Positions 1 to 7,996 of a DNA stretch of 53,863 bases are shown one piece after another; within the stretch, counting starts at the first letter, position 1; every line of letters begins with the position of its first letter. The DNA is taken from positions 1 to 53,863 of the forward strand of contig JBECUL010000010.1 in assembly GCA_040225955.1 (NCBI GenBank). Direction: 5' to 3'. Position numbers and translations under genes: made by a program. The notes beneath the pieces were generated by a model, which did no database searches, was not told the DNA's origin, and saw only the letters and a list, made by a program, of their open reading frames with translations. This DNA is from Candidatus Asgardarchaeum abyssi. Lineage in GTDB: Archaea > Asgardarchaeota > Asgardarchaeia > Asgardarchaeales > Asgardarchaeaceae.

Positions 1-134
1 ATCGGTAAATAATACGTATGATGAAAAAAATCTTTTCGTCGGCTATTTCATATAACATTGTTTTAATCAACAAAGCATAGATATAATAAAATTTATATTG
101 CTAGTCATAGAATATGTAAAACGAGGGTGAATAT

Positions 135-407
135 ATGTTTGAGAAGTATCCTCCAGAAATCAGAGAGACATTGAAGAAAGTATACGAGGAATGGTTAGCA
201 ACGTCTAGTGAGAAGACGGGAATTTCCTTCTCTAAATTTGCAAGCGAAAAATTAGGATACAAATATTACAAAGAAATACTGGAGATTGCAGAGGAAATAG
301 ATAAAAATAGAAGTAAGAAAAAGAAATCCGTCGTGGCAGCGGCATTTGCCTTAGCTACCGCTGTAATCATAGGATTAAGCAAAGTTATGAGAGCTCAGGA
401 AGATTAA
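135..407 (+). CDS. small hypothetical protein with C-terminal hydrophobic helix (tail-anchor-like)
   Basis: 90-aa ORF. SD-like GAGGGTGA and TTTATA TATA box upstream. Helical charged domain, then KKKK, then VVAAAFALATAVIIGL. Confidence 0.6.
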   Translation: MFEKYPPEIRETLKKVYEEWLATSSEKTGISFSKFASEKLGYKYYKEILEIAEEIDKNRSKKKKSVVAAAFALATAVIIGLSKVMRAQED

Positions 408-631
408 CTGAGCTCATTTATTAGCAATATTAATGAATGCTCTTTATTACAAATTCGACTTTTTCCTCAGATCGTGAATAAGTTCTTTACTAATTACTCT
501 CTCTTTTTTCATTTTATCTAAAAAATGATGAAAAGTTGCAGATCATAATCTTATTGTTTCTTGAAATTTAAATATTGATTAAATAATGATAATTATCGTA
601 TTTAAAGGTATAAAAAGAGATGATGGTTAAA

Positions 632-1402
632 TTATGAGATATATGATTGAGGACCCTCCTCAGAGGGGCCCTTTTCTCGAGGTGTTACTTCTCTTTCAAG
701 AGCTTTTCTTTCTTTCTCTAGGATTGCAATTTTTTTATCAAGATTTGATAGATCTACATTAAGATTAAATAAATCATTTAAAACTCTCACAATCGATTTA
801 GACGCTTTTGGATCTACTTGATCTCCAATGCCAGGAGTTTCAGCTAATAGACAGATACCATCTATTCCATGAAGCTCTGAAGCTAAAACTGGAATTAATC
901 CATTACCTCCACTAATAACACCATTTTTAAAAGGAACTGAGAGAGGGTGATTGAGAAACTTTTTCATTAATTGTTCATTAGCTGTTGTAACATGAACTTT
1001 TGGATCACCAGTTATTATTGGGGTCACACTTGCGGCGCAAGCGATTACTAAATTTATCCCGAATTGTTTTATGTATTCTATAAGCTCATTAGCAAATCTA
1101 TATTGACCTTCTATGGAATATGGTTGAGCATCGGACGTAATTAAAATTACGTCATTTTCAGCATTTTTGCGTTTCCAAAGGTATACACTGACTTTTATAG
1201 CTTTAGGAATCCCCTTTGAGTCCACAACAACTCTTGGAGGAAAATCAAAAGGATATAAATCTGCAATCTTTTTCGGCTTGCAATATTCAATAATAGCATC
1301 AACAGCAAGTTTTCCTACTAATCCTATTCCAGGCAAACCTACTATGACTATAGGGTTTTTTAAATCATCCTTATTAATCGATAAATATTCTTTTCGTAAC
1401 AT
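632..1402 (-). CDS. PAC2-family proteasome assembly chaperone
   Basis: GLPGIGLVGKLA N-terminal motif, ISGGNGLI, CLLAETPG, DPKAS and a C-terminal YIS tail typical of archaeal PAC2 proteins. Confidence 0.9.
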   Translation of the reverse strand: MLRKEYLSINKDDLKNPIVIVGLPGIGLVGKLAVDAIIEYCKPKKIADLYPFDFPPRVVVDSKGIPKAIKVSVYLWKRKNAENDVILITSDAQPYSIEGQYRFANELIEYIKQFGINLVIACAASVTPIITGDPKVHVTTANEQLMKKFLNHPLSVPFKNGVISGGNGLIPVLASELHGIDGICLLAETPGIGDQVDPKASKSIVRVLNDLFNLNVDLSNLDKKIAILEKERKALEREVTPREKGPSEEGPQSYIS

Positions 1403-1485
1403 ATTTACAGCACCTGACGTGAGTTATAAATAAATGTGATAATTATATTTTTAAAGTTATTCTTTCTAGTTAAACTCGATAAGAA

Positions 1486-2082
1486 ATGACAAGAGTGAAT
1501 ATTTACAAGAAAGGAATTAGAGTTCTAGGTATAGCAGAAAGTTTTAGGAAAGGGGTTTCAAGAAAGGCAGTACTAGTCGGAATCGTTATGAGAGGGGATT
1601 TTTTAATCGACGGATTTAACTTAGGATTTACTACTGTAGGTGGTTTAGATTCAACGGATAAGATAATAGAACTTTATAAAAATTTAAATAGAACAGATAT
1701 AGGCGCTATATTGCTAAATGGCTGCATAATAAGCTGGTTCAATATTGTTGATTTAGAGAGGGTATTTGAGGACACCGGAAAACCAGTCATATGTATAACA
1801 TATGAAGAAAGTGATGGAATAGATCGTTATCTTATGGAATACTTTCCAGATAGTTGGGAAAAACGATTAGAAATCCATAAAAGAAACGGTGATCGTGTAC
1901 GTATCCTTTTAAAAACAAGACATCAAATTTACATTCAAGCTAAAGGAATTTCTACCAGAAAGGCTTTAATTCTTATTAACAAATTTACAAAAAACGGAGC
2001 CATTCCCGAGCCTCTTAGAGTTGCAAAAATAATTGCAAATGCTATTAATCAGAAAATCAATAAAGAAATATTGTTTGGCTGA
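1486..2082 (+). CDS. DUF99 / UPF0215 family endonuclease V-like protein
   Basis: RVLGIAESF, TVGGLDST, GCIISWFNIVD and IPEPLRVA motifs. Confidence 0.85.
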   Translation: MTRVNIYKKGIRVLGIAESFRKGVSRKAVLVGIVMRGDFLIDGFNLGFTTVGGLDSTDKIIELYKNLNRTDIGAILLNGCIISWFNIVDLERVFEDTGKPVICITYEESDGIDRYLMEYFPDSWEKRLEIHKRNGDRVRILLKTRHQIYIQAKGISTRKALILINKFTKNGAIPEPLRVAKIIANAINQKINKEILFG

Positions 2083-3229
2083 CTTCTTTTATTAGAAGAT
2101 TGTCTATTTTTAATTTTACTTTTACAATTATGCTTTCATTTACTAAATTGAATGGTGTTCTCCAAGAAATAGTTTCAACTCTTTTTACATTAGGCTCCAA
2201 TACCACAAAAGCTTCATGAATTACATTCTCAACATCCTTTGCAGTATAACTTACTATAAGATTACAACTGATAGTATTATCGGTAATGTTTCTAATATTC
2301 ACATTGAAAGATAGTAAATCATCAGTAGGCGCAGCGGTAGGGAGATTTTTAAGGGCAATTTCAATAGATTCTGAAGGTACTTTACGAGGAGTTTCATATA
2401 TCTTATCAATGTATTTTCTTCCTTTAGGCCAGCTAGGTATTCTACCCAACTCAAATAATCTTGCTATAGATATTTTTACCTCCCTTGTTGACACTCCGAG
2501 ATCCCGTGCGCAGTCTTCTACATTAAAGACACCATCATGATGAATATAATAATTAAGAACCTTTTCATCAAAATTAGCAATATCAAGTACTTTACTCAAA
2601 GAAGCTATTATAACATCAGGCAGCTGTTTTGCTTCACGAATATCAAAATATTTGCCATTACCTTCATTTGCTAATACAAGAAATGAATCGTGAACATAAG
2701 GATTACAACCAACTATAAAGAAAAGCATATCAGGTTTATCTTTAATGTTATGAACTATATTTAAAATGTCAAGACCAACAGGACACCCATTAGGCCATCT
2801 ATCTTTAACCCCATAGATTTGTGGTGCAAATTTTGTATAGCCATGTGGTGGTGCATCACCTATCAAAATTATGATTTTATAGGCATCACGACGCCATGTA
2901 GCGTTATAGGCAGCCCATAAACCGTCAGCGACAGCTTCAGGAGGATCGCCACCACCACCTATTTCAAGCTCACTAATGAATCTTAACACAGCATCTATAT
3001 TATCCGTGGGCGGGTAAAACTTTGTGACAAATGTTTTATCCTCAGGAGGGTGATCTCTATATGCAACCATGCCAAATCGAATGTCCAATTTTTTCTTCTT
3101 TTTCTTAAGAGTGTTAACAATATCATATAAGCTCTCTTTGACAATATTTATATCATCAGCCATAGAACCAGTAGCATCTACCACAAAGATAACGTCAATA
3201 ATATAATGTGATTTTTGGCCTCGAAGCAT
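2057..3229 (-). CDS. vWA-domain protein with winged-helix and C-terminal Ig-like region
   Basis: MIDAS DATGSM, GGGDPPEAVADGL, IIILIGDAPPHG. HTH-like VEDCARDLGVSTREVKISIARLFELG. Beta-rich C-terminus. ATG at 3229 follows a GGTGA SD. Confidence 0.8.
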   Translation of the reverse strand: MLRGQKSHYIIDVIFVVDATGSMADDINIVKESLYDIVNTLKKKKKKLDIRFGMVAYRDHPPEDKTFVTKFYPPTDNIDAVLRFISELEIGGGGDPPEAVADGLWAAYNATWRRDAYKIIILIGDAPPHGYTKFAPQIYGVKDRWPNGCPVGLDILNIVHNIKDKPDMLFFIVGCNPYVHDSFLVLANEGNGKYFDIREAKQLPDVIIASLSKVLDIANFDEKVLNYYIHHDGVFNVEDCARDLGVSTREVKISIARLFELGRIPSWPKGRKYIDKIYETPRKVPSESIEIALKNLPTAAPTDDLLSFNVNIRNITDNTISCNLIVSYTAKDVENVIHEAFVVLEPNVKRVETISWRTPFNLVNESIIVKVKLKIDNLLIKEVSQTIFLY

Positions 3230-3330
3230 GAGCTTCACCAAAGTTCTCTTTAAAATAATATTCTAAACTTTGCATTTAACATTTTCCTATCTTATTAGAT
3301 TACAATTGAAATGGTATACATAAAACAAAT

Positions 3331-4350
3331 TCATTGATAACTATATAGTTTGGTTTTTCTTATCTTAAGTATGCTATATGCAAATAAAATGTAAAACATA
3401 AATGATGAAATAATTAAAATTATTGTTATCGCGATTAGGTTTAACTGCTGATAAATGTAAATGCTAACAAACACAGCTGCAACTAAAATTCCAATGAAGC
3501 TAGTTTGCATTTTTTTCTTTTTCATACCGCTAACAGTCCCAAATACAAAAACCATTATGACTATTGCCAGTGCAATATTGTTAATGTAAAAAAATATAAC
3601 ATCTCTTAGTTCTGAAAAATACAGCCATATAACGGCTAGTGTGAGAAAAAAACAAAGTTCAAAAATTCGAATAGCATGGTATGGCACATCGGTTGTCTTC
3701 ATGCCAATAATATCTATTTCCTTGTGTATTTTATACAAGAAAATTATTTCAATCAAAGATCCATATGCTAAAGAATTTGCAACCCAAATTGATAAAGCAG
3801 CTATTATTTCTATATGTTGATACCATACAACAATAAGTGAGAAAACAATTCCAACCATATTAGAAAATACCAATATTGCTATGAAATATCCTAAGGTAAG
3901 AAGAAGAATTGTTGAAAAAATAGACCATAGAATCCATATCAATTTGCCATGTTTCTCTATATCTATTAAGTGGCTCACAATCCTTCCTGCAATGATAAAA
4001 CACATTACTATGGTAAATAAAGGAGTTACTAAAGGAATTATGAAAAAGGTTGCAACAATGAGAGCATTAACACCATAGAATATTTTCCATTTAAGAGGAA
4101 TAAGGCTTGTAGTATTTTTTAGCTCTATAAAGGCTTCTGGCAGTATATTTCTTAATTCATAGATAAGAAATATCCATGGAAAAGAAATTACTAGGGCTGT
4201 TAATATCTTTATTGCAGTCTCAGGTATGGGCAATGGCACAACAACGTTACCTATTTCTGGAATTATAAATACTAGAATTATGAAATATATCGGCGTTAAA
4301 AGTGCTAATATGAGTGTTAATAGTTTTGCGTAGAAAATTTCTTGAGTCAT
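3331..4350 (-). CDS. multi-pass membrane protein of unknown function
   Basis: About 9-10 hydrophobic segments. Probable ATG at 4350. Confidence 0.7.
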   Translation of the reverse strand: MTQEIFYAKLLTLILALLTPIYFIILVFIIPEIGNVVVPLPIPETAIKILTALVISFPWIFLIYELRNILPEAFIELKNTTSLIPLKWKIFYGVNALIVATFFIIPLVTPLFTIVMCFIIAGRIVSHLIDIEKHGKLIWILWSIFSTILLLTLGYFIAILVFSNMVGIVFSLIVVWYQHIEIIAALSIWVANSLAYGSLIEIIFLYKIHKEIDIIGMKTTDVPYHAIRIFELCFFLTLAVIWLYFSELRDVIFFYINNIALAIVIMVFVFGTVSGMKKKKMQTSFIGILVAAVFVSIYIYQQLNLIAITIILIISSFMFYILFAYSILKIRKTKLYSYQ

Positions 4351-4392
4351 GAAAAGCACCAAAACTTCTACTAAAAATAATTTATCTTTTGT

Positions 4393-5262
4393 TTATTTTT
4401 TCTTTTTCTTTTTTGCAATTTTCTTAAGAAACCTTTTCTCGTAGGATATTCTTTTAGTTATGAATATGAGTCCAATGCCAATCAACATTGTTATTACTCC
4501 TGTTTCAGCAAAGTAAAAGATTACATTTTCTTTAATAGGTGTCGGATAGAAGTAAGTTATATTATTTCCACTAAGTTCAATATAACGAGCTGATCGTGGA
4601 AGTGAAATATTCCCATAGAGCCTAGCTTTATTATCTTCTATTGTTATATTTGCGACAACATGGTTATTTTCTGTTACATTCCATTTTTCTATTGGATAAT
4701 CAGAAAAACTGTCAAAGATAAATACGTCAGTAGAATTCCACGTCACATATGATACATTATATTCTGAGTATGCTGGAAGAGACACTTTGAACTTAACATC
4801 TATTTTAGTGCTTTTCCACGAAGTTGAAAATGTATAGCCGTTAGTGAGTGTTATTGTTTTTCCGTATTTTTCCATTTTAGGATGATATATAATTCCCGAT
4901 ATTTCAAACATAATTCTCACAGAATTTGTATTATCAGTAAATTTTATTACTGGAAAAGAAACACGCCCTCCTAGGTCCTCTCCTATAGTTTTATTATACG
5001 CATCATATATTTCAGAAAGAAACTCCAAAGAGTTGTTCTTGAATGCAAATCTCGTTAGATTAAATAAGGAAATAGTTACATTTTCGTTTATCTTAATAGT
5101 TTTATTAATTTGTACTTCTAATACAACATAAATTTTCTCATCCTCAACCACAGTACAACTAATAGAACTTGAATTCTCAAAATTAGCAGCATAGACATTC
5201 TGTAGAGGAATTAATAGTAATAACAATAATAATGCTAATATATATGTGCGTCTTAGCATCAT
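4393..5262 (-). CDS. signal peptide-bearing, C-terminally membrane-anchored surface protein
   Basis: N-terminal RR+LLLLLL...VYA signal, many N-x-S/T sequons, C-terminal TM followed by a poly-Lys tail. Confidence 0.75.
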   Translation of the reverse strand: MMLRRTYILALLLLLLLIPLQNVYAANFENSSSISCTVVEDEKIYVVLEVQINKTIKINENVTISLFNLTRFAFKNNSLEFLSEIYDAYNKTIGEDLGGRVSFPVIKFTDNTNSVRIMFEISGIIYHPKMEKYGKTITLTNGYTFSTSWKSTKIDVKFKVSLPAYSEYNVSYVTWNSTDVFIFDSFSDYPIEKWNVTENNHVVANITIEDNKARLYGNISLPRSARYIELSGNNITYFYPTPIKENVIFYFAETGVITMLIGIGLIFITKRISYEKRFLKKIAKKKKKK

Positions 5263-5384
5263 TGCACACCATTTTACACTTTAACATAAGAATTCCGTAA
5301 CAATCATACGTGAATTCTCAATCAACTATAAAAGTAAATAAGTTTTACGGATAAATTAGCTTGTTTATTAGAAGAATTTCATTA

Positions 5385-5477
5385 CGGGCCCGCTGGGATT
5401 TGAACCCAGGGTCTCCGGCTTTCTCCATAATTATCATTCCGAAGGCCGGCGCCTTATCCAAACTAGGCCACGGGCCC
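5385..5477 (-). tRNA. tRNA-Arg(TCG) with 18-nt intron at 37/38 (intron 5421-5438)
   Basis: Reverse complement folds as GGGCCCG acceptor stem, CCGGC/GCCGG anticodon stem and TTCAAAT T-loop. Intron AATGATAATTATGGAGAA forms a bulge-helix-bulge with CUUC/GGAG. Confidence 0.95.
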
Positions 5478-5490
5478 AATTAAAAATAAG

Positions 5491-5565
5491 CGGACCCGGG
5501 GGGACTCGAACCCCCGACCCCTGCCTTAGAAGGGCAGTGCTCTATCCAAGCTGAGCTACGGGTCC
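5491..5565 (-). tRNA. tRNA-Arg(TCT)
   Basis: GGACCCG...CTGCC-CTTCTAA-GGCAG...GGGGG-TTCGAGT-CCCCC-CGGGTCCG cloverleaf. No encoded CCA. Confidence 0.97.
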
Positions 5566-5731
5566 ATATTTTTCATATGTAGAAATAGGTTATCAATATT
5601 TAAGTTTTTAGATATTATTTTATTCTAACCCTAAGGAAAAATAGGAAAAATTAATTAGCCATCATGTGAGGGATATATTAGAAGACAATCTTATATAAGT
5701 ATATTAAATTTTGACCAATGAGGTGCAAATT

Positions 5732-6436
5732 TTGGGAGTTCTAGACAAATTAAAATCTGTTCTCTTTGGAAAAGGAAAAAGAGGGAAGAAGATATCCAGA
5801 GAAGAAGCAATAGCGTCAATAATAGATACTGTGGAGCTTATGGAAACAAGAGCAAGAGAGTATGAAACAAGAGCTTTAAAGTCAAGAGAAAGTGCTAAGC
5901 TAGCACTAAAGCGTAATAATGAGAAACTTGCAAAGCAGCATTTACGTGAGTGGTATTATAGCACTAAGATGAGTAATCAATATAGAAATATTGCTCTTAA
6001 TCTTCAGCAGCAATTAGATAAAATAAAACAGGCAACTGATATGCAGAGAATTGCTCAAGAGCTTAATAAAGTTAAGCAAATTTACCAAGAAATAACACAA
6101 TTGACCTCTGTTGAACAAACAGTGCGAGATGTTATGGAAGTAAAGGTTATGAGTAAGCAAGTTGATGCTGCAATGAGAGTATTTTCTAAACAATTAGGAA
6201 TTCCAACTGATGTGGAGGCTAATGAAATATTAGAACAAGAACTAAATTTGCTCCAGGAGGAAATAGCTGCTGAAGCTATTGCAGGTTTGCCACTTCCAGA
6301 AGAGGGCGAAAAAGAAGAGATTAAACGCGAAGAGACTATCAGTGAAAGTTCTACTACACCTATCTCAGACGATGAAAAAGAGATCAAAAAGCTTCTAAAA
6401 AAGCTTAAAAAAGAAGCTTCTAAAGAAAAAGAATAA
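5732..6436 (+). CDS. ESCRT-III (Snf7-family) protein
   Basis: N-terminal amphipathic helix MGVLDKLKSVLFG (TTG at 5732 after GAGGTG SD). Long helical hairpin with AKLALKRNNEKLAKQHL. Acidic tail with LPLP and a terminal EIKKLLKKLKKE helix. Confidence 0.85.
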   Translation: MGVLDKLKSVLFGKGKRGKKISREEAIASIIDTVELMETRAREYETRALKSRESAKLALKRNNEKLAKQHLREWYYSTKMSNQYRNIALNLQQQLDKIKQATDMQRIAQELNKVKQIYQEITQLTSVEQTVRDVMEVKVMSKQVDAAMRVFSKQLGIPTDVEANEILEQELNLLQEEIAAEAIAGLPLPEEGEKEEIKREETISESSTTPISDDEKEIKKLLKKLKKEASKEKE

Positions 6437-6463
6437 AATAATAATTAGGATTTTGTTCATTTA

Positions 6464-7942
6464 TTACCTTATCATATATAACCTTTCAAATTCATTTTTT
6501 AATCTAAAATATTCGATATAAAGCTCGGTATATCGTTTTATATAATAGTTATAAGGAATTTTCCCCATTTGGAAATCATTTTTTAATTTTTCAAGCTCTT
6601 GCATTATTTCATTAATCCTAAATGTTAGAGATGAGCGGATAAGCTCAGTTTCATAATCGGTAGTGTCTGGAATAAGAGGTATTTCATGTGGTTTATTATG
6701 TAATTTATCAATAGAAACCTTACGAGCCTTGGGATTTCTTAATTTTTTTACTAGTTCAGATAGTTTCGTTTTTACATTTGATAATTCTGGTTCAAAAGCT
6801 ATTGTTGTAACTGACTGAAAAACTAATGATTCTCGTAGATTACTATCATACTTAATTCTATTAAATAGATTTTCAAATCTCCTTAAATTAGCATCATTAA
6901 ATTTTGCATCGATAAATCCAAGCGTTGTTTGAATTCTACACCTCTTTCGAACTATACCAACAATATTAATGGAAAGTATTTGTTCTGGATCTAATGAGAC
7001 CACTTTACTGTTTTTTTTAAGCAGTATCCACTGTCTATCGGATATTACTAGTTTAAGCTGTCCCTTAGCATCTAAAAAATCACTGCCACGAAGCTCAAAA
7101 TCAAAATACCCAAGAATCATTTCGTTAGGAGTTATGTTCAGCGTATCCTTGATATTTGTTATATAATTTTTGAATTCTTGAATTCTTATTATTTTTTCAT
7201 GAATATCGGGGATCCTTGAGTTCGCTTCTTCAACAATTACCTTCGAATATCTAATAAGATTATTTACGATTCTTCGCATATTTTCAACATTATTTATTAA
7301 ATTTGTAAATTCGTTAGGGTTGCTAAAGTAAAAATCTTTATCATCTATTATGTTTATATCGCTTCCTAGAAGGATATCTAAGTGTGTTTCTATTTCTTTT
7401 ATTGCTTTATTTATCATAAGATTTAAGTCCATAAGCTGCCTATCAACATCTATATCAATAAAAAAGCCTTGGTCTCTGAGGGCTACGAGTTTTTCTTTTG
7501 AATTTTTTAACTCAACAATTATCTCTGAAAGAGGCTGTATAAATTTTGTTAATTTAGATACTAATTCCCTAAAAGTAGAATTAATCTCTTTCCACAAGAG
7601 GTTTATGTTTCTTACTTCTTTTTTACAAATAGGGCAAAGTCTACTTATTCGATTTCCAATGCTAATATTTCTAGAGCCACAATCGAGGCAAATCATAAAA
7701 TGTATGTTTCCAGTATTAACTTCTTGGACATTAGTACTGCCACATTTATTGCAGAATTGAAAAGTGATCTCTTTACTATTTGTACATTTTTGACAAAACA
7801 CTTTTTTGCAATTTGTACATATATACTCTGCTGGTTCTACGCCGCACTGATTGCAATACACTACCAACTCATTCTCCTCCAAATAATAGCTTTTTAATTT
7901 TTGCTTTTCTACATATTTTAATTTTAAACAAATGATATTCAT
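6464..7942 (-). CDS. multi-domain protein: Cys-rich Zn fingers, coiled coil, PH/GRAM-like domain, C-terminal Vps23/Vps37-like steadiness box
   Basis: Six CxxC pairs, heptad region, PNEMIL...GQLKLVISDRQWIL PH-like signature, and C-terminal LKNDFQMGKIPYNYYIKRYTELYIEYF. True start may be TTG at 7867 (GGAGGAG SD). Confidence 0.65.
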   Translation of the reverse strand: MNIICLKLKYVEKQKLKSYYLEENELVVYCNQCGVEPAEYICTNCKKVFCQKCTNSKEITFQFCNKCGSTNVQEVNTGNIHFMICLDCGSRNISIGNRISRLCPICKKEVRNINLLWKEINSTFRELVSKLTKFIQPLSEIIVELKNSKEKLVALRDQGFFIDIDVDRQLMDLNLMINKAIKEIETHLDILLGSDINIIDDKDFYFSNPNEFTNLINNVENMRRIVNNLIRYSKVIVEEANSRIPDIHEKIIRIQEFKNYITNIKDTLNITPNEMILGYFDFELRGSDFLDAKGQLKLVISDRQWILLKKNSKVVSLDPEQILSINIVGIVRKRCRIQTTLGFIDAKFNDANLRRFENLFNRIKYDSNLRESLVFQSVTTIAFEPELSNVKTKLSELVKKLRNPKARKVSIDKLHNKPHEIPLIPDTTDYETELIRSSLTFRINEIMQELEKLKNDFQMGKIPYNYYIKRYTELYIEYFRLKNEFERLYMIR

Positions 7943-7996
7943 AAAAACAGGCCATAAACTAATAACTGGCGCTTATATTTATCGCATACGCTATGA

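Noticed and set aside
2-58. Minus-strand frame MLYEIADEKIFFIIRIIYR open to the window edge
   Set aside because: Too short to support. It may be the start of a gene outside the window but cannot be assessed here.
525-600. ATGATGA C-box-like motif in the intergenic region
   Set aside because: No properly spaced CTGA D/D' boxes follow.
2057-5565. Integrated element at the tRNA-Arg pair
   Set aside because: No integrase, no duplicated tRNA 3' end (att site) seen, and no compositional shift.
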